Below, piece after piece: positions 49,925-58,571 of a stretch of 64,000 bases of DNA. A program made the position numbers and the translations under genes. The stretch comes from Bacteriovoracaceae bacterium. GTDB lineage: Bacteria > Bdellovibrionota > Bacteriovoracia > Bacteriovoracales > Bacteriovoracaceae. The DNA is taken from the NCBI GenBank assembly GCA_048270185.1, contig JBLWTJ010000001.1:96001-160000 (forward strand), read 5' to 3'. Within the stretch, counting starts at the first letter, position 1. Every line of letters begins with the position of its first letter. A model generated the notes under the pieces. The model worked only from the letters and a program-made list of their open reading frames with translations. It was not told the origin of the DNA and did no database searches.

Positions 49925-50380
49925 TTGTTCGACTATCAAAATGTTAGGCACTGGAAAAAGGTCTATCAATCAGATATTTCTAATATCATTGTTGAATTAA
50001 AAGAATCACTCAAAGAACCTTCTGTTGTTATTTTAAATGGCCCTGTTGGTGCTGGTAAAACGACTTTTACAAATAGTTTTCTTGGTGAAGAACAAAGTGG
50101 CTCGCCAACTTATTCTCTTATTAATGACTGCGGTGAGATAGTGCATGCTGATTTCTACCGTCTTGAATCACCAGAAGAGATCATGCATTTAGAGCTTTCA
50201 ATGTATCTCGATGAGAAGAAGTACTTCTTAGTTGAATGGGGTAAGGATTATATAAAGCATATTTACCGCGAGCTTTCAGATGATTTTTCATACTTTCAAT
50301 TAGACATTGAAACAAATGATAAGAAAGATTGTGAAGATTCGGCCTCTCGTAATTACTTTTTGAAGCAAATTATTTTTTAA
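49925..50380 (+). CDS. tsaE: t6A biosynthesis ATPase TsaE
   Basis: GPVGAGKTTF, SPTYSL, HADFYRL, VEW. Confidence 0.93.
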   Translation: MFDYQNVRHWKKVYQSDISNIIVELKESLKEPSVVILNGPVGAGKTTFTNSFLGEEQSGSPTYSLINDCGEIVHADFYRLESPEEIMHLELSMYLDEKKYFLVEWGKDYIKHIYRELSDDFSYFQLDIETNDKKDCEDSASRNYFLKQIIF

Positions 50381-50544
50381 CATCTTCTAACAAGTGGGCA
50401 GAAATAACCGATTAACTCTGTTTGGCATAAGATGTCATTTACTCGGAAAATAATTCTAACCTTTTGTAATCATTGATCTTTTCTGTCGTTTTTTTTTCTC
50501 AATTAAAGAAATATTATTATTTTATAATAATTGATTAAATCAAG

Positions 50545-50574
50545 TTGACTTTAAGTCTGATGGGCTGACATAAT
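50545..50574 (+). promoter_or_regulatory. Putative sigma70 promoter of the Rrf2-desulfurase operon
   Basis: TTGACT-N18-CATAAT; GACTTTAAGTC dyad overlaps the -35. Confidence 0.45.
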
Positions 50575-50715
50575 ATTTAGGAAGAAAGATTTAATTGATT
50601 AGATCTTTCATACAGAAAGGATAGCACGGAATGCGAGTCCTAATAGCACACATAAATTGCTTAAAAGTTTTAACTATTTTTTTTATTTAACATTTGGATT
50701 TATGGAGGAAGACCA

Positions 50716-51273
50716 ATGAGACTCACTTCGAAAGGACGCTACGCAGTTAGAGCAATGCTTGACCTAACTACTAATAGCAACGGTAACCCTGTTAGACTAC
50801 AGGAAATTTCAGAAAGACAAAACATTTCACTACACTACCTTGAGCAACTTTTCAGAAAGCTTAGAAATGGGCAAGCTGTTAAGTCGGTAAGAGGACCAGG
50901 TGGTGGTTATGTTCTTGCTCGTTCAATGGAAGAAATCACAATTAAAGATGTTCTTGAGTGTGTTGGTGAAAATATCAACCCAGCTAAAGATATTCTTGGA
51001 ACAGAAGCAGAGCAAGCTAGCACTACTGAGTTCCACCTGTCTAAGAACTACTTTCAAAACCTTGGTTTCATTATGAATGAATACCTTTCAACTACTTCTC
51101 TTGGTGACCTAATCAGAAAGTCTGGTGAAGTTCAATCTGAAGTAAGAAGTAATGAAGTAGCTAATGAGCAAGCTCAGCCAACTGCTGAAGCAGCATCAAC
51201 TACTTCAACTGAAAGTGCATTCAGTGAATACGCATCAGGGATTAGATCAGGTTTAGGTGAAATTAATCAATAA
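50716..51273 (+). CDS. Rrf2-family regulator (IscR/CymR-like, lacks the Cys triad)
   Basis: MRLTSKGRYAV, YLEQLF, SVRGPGGGY; only one Cys. Confidence 0.88.
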   Translation: MRLTSKGRYAVRAMLDLTTNSNGNPVRLQEISERQNISLHYLEQLFRKLRNGQAVKSVRGPGGGYVLARSMEEITIKDVLECVGENINPAKDILGTEAEQASTTEFHLSKNYFQNLGFIMNEYLSTTSLGDLIRKSGEVQSEVRSNEVANEQAQPTAEAASTTSTESAFSEYASGIRSGLGEINQ

Positions 51274-52411
51274 TTTTCTTTACTTAGATTATAATGCAAC
51301 GGCCCCCTTAGTAAAACCAGTTCAAGACTGGCTTTGCGAGGGGGCCGCATTCTTTGGGAATCCAGCTTCAACTCATCAATTGGGTAAGAAGTCTAAGTCC
51401 CTTATCAATCAAACAATCAAAAATATTCAAAAAATTTTCAGTGCTCAGGCATACGAAGTTTTCTTTCATTCAGGTGCAACTGAGGCCATTAACAGTGTTG
51501 TTAAAGGTTTCTGTTTTAATGCCCTTAAGTCTAAGAAAGAATTTCATGTCTTGTGCTTTGATGCTGACCACTCAAGTGTTGTTAACCAGAGAGAGCATGT
51601 TGAGCTCTTAGGTGGCACTTTTCACGTGCTAAAGACTATTAATGGTGACTTTGATACTGAAGAAGTTATTAGAAAAGTTAAGGCCATCTCTGGTGAAGTC
51701 TTAATTAACTTCACTTACGTTAATAATGAGAATGGCGTTGTGTGGGATCTGGGTGAAGTTTTAAAAATTAAGCAAGCAACAGCTGCAACTATTCATGTAG
51801 ATTGTGTTCAGGTTGTCGGAAAAGTTAAGGACTGGAATCAGTTAGTTTTAGGCCTTGATTACTATACTTTCTCTGGCCATAAATTTGGTGCATTAAAAGG
51901 AGTCGGGTTCACTCTTGTCTCGAAAGAAGCAAGTTGGACACCGCTTATTCGTGGTGGTGGTCAGCAAAAGGCCATGAGATCTGGAACTGAGAATGCATTT
52001 GGTGTTCATACCGTTTCTTTGGCCCTTGATTATAATCTTGAAAATTTTAACTTTGAAAAAATCTCTCAAATTAAAAATGAATTAGAAAGTTGGATAATGA
52101 ATAATTTTGGCAACAAAGTTATTTTAATTGGTGAAAAAGCTAAGCTTAGAAATGCTACAACAATCTTTTTAAGCCTTGGTGACGTTGATATCAATACGGT
52201 TATGATGGCCCTTGATATGGCCGGAATTGGTGGCTCAAGTGGTTCTGCATGTGCATCAGGTATTATCAAGCCTTCTCGTGTAGCACTTGCATATGGCCTT
52301 GATGATAAGTCTTCTACTAATGTACTAAGGCTTTCACTGTCTCCGTATATTGAAGACTCTCAATCTATTATCGACAAATTATCTCCTGTTCTTACAAAAT
52401 ATCTTTCATAA
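51257..52411 (+). CDS. Cysteine desulfurase (IscS/NifS family)
   Basis: YLDYNAT, SGATEA, NNENG, FSGHKFG, RSGTEN, SSGSAC. Confidence 0.92.
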   Translation: MKLINNFLYLDYNATAPLVKPVQDWLCEGAAFFGNPASTHQLGKKSKSLINQTIKNIQKIFSAQAYEVFFHSGATEAINSVVKGFCFNALKSKKEFHVLCFDADHSSVVNQREHVELLGGTFHVLKTINGDFDTEEVIRKVKAISGEVLINFTYVNNENGVVWDLGEVLKIKQATAATIHVDCVQVVGKVKDWNQLVLGLDYYTFSGHKFGALKGVGFTLVSKEASWTPLIRGGGQQKAMRSGTENAFGVHTVSLALDYNLENFNFEKISQIKNELESWIMNNFGNKVILIGEKAKLRNATTIFLSLGDVDINTVMMALDMAGIGGSSGSACASGIIKPSRVALAYGLDDKSSTNVLRLSLSPYIEDSQSIIDKLSPVLTKYLS

Positions 52412-52557
52412 TAATCTGCGTATGATGCGATGCGTGATGCACTTTGGTCATACTTAAAAAAACCTAACGAGTTCATTTTGGCCTCAGGGTGCAGATGGAC
52501 ACTATGTCTAACTATCTGTAAATATTAGTTTTAGGTGATTAGTGGGTACGTTCATTT

Positions 52558-52574
52558 TTGGCACGGCCCTTGCT
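52558..52574 (+). promoter_or_regulatory. Sigma54 (-24/-12) promoter
   Basis: TTGGCACG-GCCC-TTGCT, an exact match to TGGCACG-N4-TTGCW. Confidence 0.8.
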
Positions 52575-52584
52575 TATATATAAG

Positions 52585-52729
52585 TATCAATGGTTAGACG
52601 GCCTTGGTTCTTTGAAAAGAGTCCCATCACACTTCTACTGACCATGCTGAAAAACAAGAATTTGTTTTTTTCTCTTGCTCAAAATCCTACCTTTTCTTTC
52701 TAAGTTTAATCCAAGGCCCAATTTTTTTT
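52585..52729 (+). ncRNA. Candidate sigma54-dependent small RNA (contains a 37-codon ORF, 52590-52703)
   Basis: Follows the sigma54 motif; GGCCTTGG (52600) pairs with CCAAGGCC (52711), then a T-run. Confidence 0.45.
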
Positions 52730-53297
52730 ATAAGTATTTTAAGATATTTTGATAGTCATTTTCTCGTGCGATATCAATGGCCTTTTTATGATCCTTATTG
52801 AGAATCATTTTGTTTGCACTTTGTTCACTTAAAATTTTTATGCACTCTATATTGCCATTTTTAGCGCTGTAGTGAAGGGCAGTGTTGCCATGTGTATCTT
52901 GTCGGTTAATATCGGCACCGGCCTTTAGAAGAGCGATGATTACTTTGGGATTACAGTTATAGCTTTGATCCATCAGGAAAGTATATTGTCTTTTGTTTAT
53001 AATAAGATCTGGGTCAGCACCATTTTCTAGTGTGTTTATAATCTCTTCTTCATTCTCATCGTTAAAAGCCTCGAGCATTTTATTATTGAGATTACTTGTC
53101 TTCTTTGTTTGAAATGTTGACTTTGTTGATGCTAATGCAGACGCACTTAAAGTGATGGCATCAGTTTTTTTCATAATAAATTCTTTATTGATAGTGATAG
53201 GTGTATTAAGAGGCCTATGATTGCTATCACTTGCTTTTGATAAATACCAAACGAATGTAAAGATAGGAATGATGAGTAAAAGGGAGCGTTTAATCAT
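52728..53297 (-). CDS. Exported ankyrin-repeat protein
   Basis: N-terminal hydrophobic segment; GADPD, GADIN..GNTALHYSA ankyrin repeats. Confidence 0.9.
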   Translation of the reverse strand: MIKRSLLLIIPIFTFVWYLSKASDSNHRPLNTPITINKEFIMKKTDAITLSASALASTKSTFQTKKTSNLNNKMLEAFNDENEEEIINTLENGADPDLIINKRQYTFLMDQSYNCNPKVIIALLKAGADINRQDTHGNTALHYSAKNGNIECIKILSEQSANKMILNKDHKKAIDIARENDYQNILKYL

Positions 53298-54633
53298 TTT
53301 TTATTTCTTCAATCGTTTTAAATGCTGGGTAGAAGTATTTCGGTTCTTTATGACTTATTGGCTTGCTTCCGCCAAATTCTTCGATGATATAATTTACCAT
53401 AAGATCTTGAGACATTTTGGCATTATTGCGATCGACTTTAAAGACATGATGAAAGAATCCAAAGTATACAGGACCTGACTGAGTTAAAAGTTTTCCTGCT
53501 AGTGACCTGGTATTCATAAGAGTACCTGTCTTTCCAAGGATGGCCCCTAGATTCTTTTTTAAATTAAGTCTTTTCTTTAAAGTTCCATAATCAAGGCCCG
53601 CAACAGGAAGCGCTTCTTGAAGATTGTGTCCGCCATCAACTAAAGTATCGTTTAGTTTCTGGTATAGGCGTACCATGACGGCACAAGTTGAGTAATTGTC
53701 GACTCTTTCATTGTTTCTCTTGTCGTCTAAGCCTGAGCCTGTATAGAAAGTGGAAGTCATCTCTAACTCATTATAGCCTTTGCGTGTTTGTACGTAGTCA
53801 CGACCTAGGTTTTCATCTGTAAAGTTTTGTAGATACCAAGAAGAGAAAGCTTCTTCTCCATAGCTTGTGTAGAGAATATCGGCCATCCAATTATGTGAAA
53901 TTGAATTTTGATACTTTAGGTATTCAAGAATTGGAGTTGTCGTCACTTCAAAGAAGCGTAGGTCTTTTTTGTTCTGTAATGGGTTCTCTTCACTATAAAT
54001 TACATTGTTAACTTGCATCTCATAGTTTGAAATTCTGTTTGGCATTGAAAGCTCGCTTAGAACTTCTTGTGGAGTGTTCTTAAGTAGTGCTTTCATGCTT
54101 TTTACAAGATCGTCATGCTCTTTGAAGTTGAAATACTTTAGTAGCTCTTTTTTTGAGTTTTCAAGATTGGCCCTTCTTTCACTCATGCTCATGTACGGTT
54201 TTAAGGCATTGGCAAATACTGGAACTTGCTTATCAAAACTTAGTGTCTTAATTTTTTTTATTCCAAGTGAGTTAAGTCCTGCGATTAGGTAGAGGAGTTT
54301 CTCTTCACTGTAGAGTGGATCATTTGATCCTTTGATATGTAGATTTTCTCCATCGTAGCTTAGGATTGTTTTAAATTGGTACTCAACCCCTAGTGTGTCG
54401 ATGGCCATAAGTGAAGTAATCGGTTTAGTTGTTGAAGCAAGACGTGACTTTAAGTGTGCTGTTTCACCATAGATCTGGTCATTATAAAGGTAGCAGAAAC
54501 CATGCTCATTTGAGTTTAAGTTAAATTCTTCTGAGAGTGTTTGCCATTTAAGTTTTATATTTTCGTGAATATCGCCTAGTGCAGAGCTGGCAAGAAATAG
54601 CGTCGTAAATAGGATCGTGATCTTTGTAAACAT
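53290..54633 (-). CDS. dacB: DacB-like D-Ala-D-Ala endo/carboxypeptidase (peptidase S13)
   Basis: Signal peptide; ASTTK (SxxK), SHN (SxN), GSGL, KTGTL. Confidence 0.9.
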   Translation of the reverse strand: MFTKITILFTTLFLASSALGDIHENIKLKWQTLSEEFNLNSNEHGFCYLYNDQIYGETAHLKSRLASTTKPITSLMAIDTLGVEYQFKTILSYDGENLHIKGSNDPLYSEEKLLYLIAGLNSLGIKKIKTLSFDKQVPVFANALKPYMSMSERRANLENSKKELLKYFNFKEHDDLVKSMKALLKNTPQEVLSELSMPNRISNYEMQVNNVIYSEENPLQNKKDLRFFEVTTTPILEYLKYQNSISHNWMADILYTSYGEEAFSSWYLQNFTDENLGRDYVQTRKGYNELEMTSTFYTGSGLDDKRNNERVDNYSTCAVMVRLYQKLNDTLVDGGHNLQEALPVAGLDYGTLKKRLNLKKNLGAILGKTGTLMNTRSLAGKLLTQSGPVYFGFFHHVFKVDRNNAKMSQDLMVNYIIEEFGGSKPISHKEPKYFYPAFKTIEEIKND

Positions 54634-54698
54634 AGTGAGAGATCTTAGAAAATTAAGTCTTAGTGGTCAAATTAGATGATATGACTTGCGTTAAGTCT

Positions 54699-55334
54699 TT
54701 ATAATTTGGCTTTTAAGATTGGAAGAATCGAGGCCAGTCCGTTTGTTATCATTTCAACTGACATCGCAAGAAGAATGAGTCCCATTACTCGAGTCGTTAC
54801 ATTTACACCGAGTTGTCCTACCTTTTCACTAATACGACTAGCGTTGATGAGAACAATATAGATGATAAGAACAGCAAGTCCTAGTATTGGAACACTGAGG
54901 GCCCAGTCAACTGGAGAGTCGAGTTTTTGAGCATAAATGATTGTCGTCGAAATTGCTCCAGGTCCCGCTAAAAGTGGTATAGCAAGAGGTACAATTCCGA
55001 TTTCACGAATTGAGTCATCATCCATTTCATCTTGAGTAAGTTTAGATTCAACATCCTTGGCGTTAATCATGGAAGTGGCCATGGAGAAGATTAGAATCCC
55101 ACCACCAACTGTGAAGGCCCCAATTGATATTCCAAAAAAACTTAAAATTTTCTTACCAATAAAAAGTGAAATAACTAATGTGACAAAAACTGCAATAGAG
55201 CACACCTTCACCATGCTGCGCCTTTGTGTATTTGAAAGATTCTTTGTTAATCCCATAAACATAGGTAGTGCACCTATTGGGTTAACAACAGAAAGAAGAG
55301 CGACGAAGAAGGGGATCATAAGACTAGTTTTCAT
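54699..55334 (-). CDS. MarC-family membrane protein
   Basis: NPIG, FGIS..F..GG, VPLAIPLLAGPG, RVMGLIL. Confidence 0.93.
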   Translation of the reverse strand: MKTSLMIPFFVALLSVVNPIGALPMFMGLTKNLSNTQRRSMVKVCSIAVFVTLVISLFIGKKILSFFGISIGAFTVGGGILIFSMATSMINAKDVESKLTQDEMDDDSIREIGIVPLAIPLLAGPGAISTTIIYAQKLDSPVDWALSVPILGLAVLIIYIVLINASRISEKVGQLGVNVTTRVMGLILLAMSVEMITNGLASILPILKAKL

Positions 55335-55387
55335 AGTTAAATTATGACCGATATCAAAGATTATTCAAGTTAGATTTTTAATAAGAT

Positions 55388-56083
55388 TTAATCGTCTATA
55401 GCATCCCAATCAAGCTCTTTAGAGATCGTCACACCAGATATTGTTTTCTGGGCCTCTTTTTTAATGAATGGGAAGTTGATTTTTTCAAGTGGGTAGTTAT
55501 CGAATAAACCATCTTCAAGAACTTCATCCATTGCGATAAAAATTGTCTTTGGACAAACATCGATGAGGTGCGAGAAGTAGAAATCATTTGGTAGTTCTGG
55601 AATATCGAGTTTAACGTCAAGTCCATCTTCACCGTTCATGATAGCTTCATTCATGGCCGCTTCTGCTTGCAGGGCCATAATTTGTTTCGCTGGAGACTCT
55701 TCAGTTGTATCGCGAACGATAATTGATCCCTTAATGTTTTCGTGCTTAATGACACTTGTGATATTCCAACTAGCAATATTGAAAAAATCTAAATAGAAAG
55801 TCGACTTACCATATTTGATCTTTCTTGGGATTTGTAATTGAGTCAGAAACTTACGCGTTGACTCATCTTTTGACTTACGTGCTAACTTTTGAGCAAGTTT
55901 GGCGTCTTGGACGCGGATAATGTAAGCTCCCGCCTCTTTTGTTGATCTAAATAGCATGTATTGGAATGCCAGGCTAAAGAGTGTGTAGAGCTTATGTTGA
56001 CCTAAATGGACGGCCTTTGCGTCAGTTTCGACCAGAGTTTTTACCGATTCATACAGATCTTGCTTAGTTAGTTGTGAAGACAT
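55388..56083 (-). CDS. Hypothetical protein
   Basis: 231-aa ORF with AAGGA SD. Confidence 0.7.
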   Translation of the reverse strand: MSSQLTKQDLYESVKTLVETDAKAVHLGQHKLYTLFSLAFQYMLFRSTKEAGAYIIRVQDAKLAQKLARKSKDESTRKFLTQLQIPRKIKYGKSTFYLDFFNIASWNITSVIKHENIKGSIIVRDTTEESPAKQIMALQAEAAMNEAIMNGEDGLDVKLDIPELPNDFYFSHLIDVCPKTIFIAMDEVLEDGLFDNYPLEKINFPFIKKEAQKTISGVTISKELDWDAIDD

Positions 56084-56125
56084 TGAATTTATTCCTTTAA
56101 TTTAGTGCGAAAATTTTTTTAAGAA

Positions 56126-56152
56126 TTTCGGCATTTTTTGTCAACCGCTTTA
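56126..56152 (-). promoter_or_regulatory. Putative sigma28 (FliA) promoter
   Basis: Minus strand TAAA-N16-GCCGAAAT upstream of ORF 56083. Confidence 0.5.
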
Positions 56153-56209
56153 TATAAAATAAACACTTAAATATTCTTTGTTTTAAGTGCAAAAAAGCCT
56201 TATAACTCG

Positions 56210-56238
56210 TTGACTTGAATGGCTTTTTTCTCTAATAT
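56210..56238 (+). promoter_or_regulatory. Putative sigma70 promoter of fusA
   Basis: TTGACT-N17-TAATAT. Confidence 0.6.
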
Positions 56239-56337
56239 GCAACACTGATTATTAAGATTTTACAGTTAAGTGAACTAGGTCATCCTATTTTATTTGGACT
56301 TATTTAAAGTATTAACAACCTCAAAACGGAGTTAAGA

Positions 56338-58503
56338 ATGATTAACAACAAGCTGATGGCGAAAACGAGAAATATTGGTATTTCGGCGCACATCGACTCT
56401 GGTAAGACTACTCTTTCAGAGCGTATCCTTTTTTATTGTGACATGATCCACAAGATCGAAGATGTTCGTGGTGGTGGTGCTGGTGCAACTATGGACCACA
56501 TGGAACTTGAAAAAGAAAAAGGTATTACAATTACATCTGCTGCTACGACAGCACACTGGAAAGGTATTAGCGGTAAAGGGACAACTTTTGCTGACGGTAT
56601 TGAAAAAGATACTCGTATTAACCTAATCGATACTCCGGGTCACGTTGACTTCACTGTTGAGGTTGAAAGATCACTACGTGTTCTTGATGGTGCGATTCTT
56701 GTTCTTTGTTCTGTATCGGGTGTTCAGTCTCAGTCAATCACTGTAGACAGACAGATGAAAAGATATAACGTTCCTAGAATGGCCTTCTTAAATAAGATGG
56801 ACCGTATGGGAGCAAACCCATTTAATGGACGTGATGCACTTAGAGAAAAACTAAACCACAATGCTGTTCTTATGCAAATCCCTATTGGTGCAGAAGATCA
56901 GTTTACAGGTGTTGTTGACCTAGTAACTAAGCAAGCAATGTACTTTGATGGTGATAACGGAGAAAACGTAAGAATCGAAGAATGTCCAGCTGATCTTGTT
57001 GAGCAGATGGAAGAGCTAAGATCTGAAATGGTTGACGCTGTTGCTGAATTTGATGATGAAGTAATGGAAGCTTACCTAGAAGGTAATGAGCCAACTGAAG
57101 AGCAACTTCACCTATGTATCAAAAAAGGTGTTCAATCTCTTCAATTAACTCCAGTATTTATGGGGTCTGCATTCAAGAACAAAGGTGTTCAAGCACTTCT
57201 TGAAGCAGTTGCAAGATACCTTCCTTCACCACTTACTTGTGCTCTTCCAACAGCTCAAGATGCTGATACAGATTCAAAAATTGAAATCACTCCAGATCCA
57301 GCTGGTGATCTACTTGCTATGGCATTCAAAATCACTGATGAGCAATTTGGTCAGCTGACTTATACAAGAATCTATAGAGGTACACTAAATAAAGGTGATA
57401 CTGTATACAATACAAGAACTGGTAAGAAAGTACGTATCGGACGTATGGTTCGTATGAACTCTAATGATAGAGAGAATATCGATTCAGCACACGCTGGGGA
57501 TATCATCGCTATCGTAGGTATCGACTGTGCATCAGGGGATACATTCGTAGGTAACGACGATAACTTACACCTTTCACTTGAAGGTATCCACGTTCCAATT
57601 CCAGTTATCGAACTTTCGATTTCTTGTAAGGATAAGAACGAGCAAGCCAAAATGTCTAAAGGTCTTGCTAAATTCCTTAAAGAAGACCCTACTTTCCACG
57701 TATACACTGATGAAGAGTCAGGTGAAACACGTATCGCTGGTATGGGTGAGCTACACCTTGAGATCTATGTTGAAAGACTTAAGCGTGAGTTCGGTGCTAA
57801 CGTTGAAGTTGGTGCTCCACAGGTTAACTACCGTGAAACAATCAGAACTGAAGCAGCTTTTGATTACACTCACAAGAAGCAAACTGGTGGTTCTGGTCAA
57901 TTCGGTCAAGTTGTTGGTCTACTTAAGCCACTTGCTGAAGAAGATAAGGATAAAGAAGATCAAGTATTTAAATTCAATAACGAAATCAAAGGTGGATCGA
58001 TTCCTAACGAATTCATCGGTGCCTGTGAAAAAGGTTTCCAAGATGTTATGGATAAAGGTCCTCTTGCTGCATTCCCAGTTATTAACTGTGAAGTATTCCT
58101 AAGAGACGGTAAGTCACACGACGTTGACTCTTCTGATATGGCCTTCCGTATTGCTGCAAGACAAGCGATGAGACAAGCTATCAACAAAGCACAACCAGTT
58201 CTTATGGAACCAGTTATGAAAGTTGAAGTTACAACTCCAGATGAGTTCCAAGGTTCTGTTATTGGTGACCTTTCTTCAAGAAGAGGGATGATCCAAGGTT
58301 CAGAAACTGATCCAGGTGGAGAAGTTATCATCAATGCTGAAGTACCACTTTCAGAGATGTTTGGTTACTCAAATGACCTAAGATCAATGTCTCAAGGTAA
58401 AGCATCATACACGATGGAGTTTGCTAGATACGTAGACTGTCCTTCAAATATTCAAGAGACAGTTATGAAAGAACGTAAAGAAAAATTAGCAAACGAAGAT
58501 TAA
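56338..58503 (+). CDS. fusA: Elongation factor G (stand-alone)
   Basis: NIGISAHIDSGKTT, KGITITSAAT, DTPGHVDF, NKMD, GMGELHL, HDVDSS. Confidence 0.97.
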   Translation: MINNKLMAKTRNIGISAHIDSGKTTLSERILFYCDMIHKIEDVRGGGAGATMDHMELEKEKGITITSAATTAHWKGISGKGTTFADGIEKDTRINLIDTPGHVDFTVEVERSLRVLDGAILVLCSVSGVQSQSITVDRQMKRYNVPRMAFLNKMDRMGANPFNGRDALREKLNHNAVLMQIPIGAEDQFTGVVDLVTKQAMYFDGDNGENVRIEECPADLVEQMEELRSEMVDAVAEFDDEVMEAYLEGNEPTEEQLHLCIKKGVQSLQLTPVFMGSAFKNKGVQALLEAVARYLPSPLTCALPTAQDADTDSKIEITPDPAGDLLAMAFKITDEQFGQLTYTRIYRGTLNKGDTVYNTRTGKKVRIGRMVRMNSNDRENIDSAHAGDIIAIVGIDCASGDTFVGNDDNLHLSLEGIHVPIPVIELSISCKDKNEQAKMSKGLAKFLKEDPTFHVYTDEESGETRIAGMGELHLEIYVERLKREFGANVEVGAPQVNYRETIRTEAAFDYTHKKQTGGSGQFGQVVGLLKPLAEEDKDKEDQVFKFNNEIKGGSIPNEFIGACEKGFQDVMDKGPLAAFPVINCEVFLRDGKSHDVDSSDMAFRIAARQAMRQAINKAQPVLMEPVMKVEVTTPDEFQGSVIGDLSSRRGMIQGSETDPGGEVIINAEVPLSEMFGYSNDLRSMSQGKASYTMEFARYVDCPSNIQETVMKERKEKLANED

Positions 58504-58534
58504 GCCGATATTTAAAAATATTGATTTATATTCG

Positions 58535-58564
58535 AAAGGCCTGCATTATGCAGGCCTTTTTTTT
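58535..58564. terminator. Intrinsic terminator after fusA
   Basis: AAAGGCCTGCAT-T-ATGCAGGCCTTT inverted repeat plus T tract. Confidence 0.9.
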
Positions 58565-58571
58565 GACTAGG

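Noticed and set aside
57372..58334. Several 110-174 aa alternative-frame ORFs in fusA (and similar short ORFs nested in other genes)
   Set aside because: Expected from the codon bias of the host genes; no motifs or RBS.
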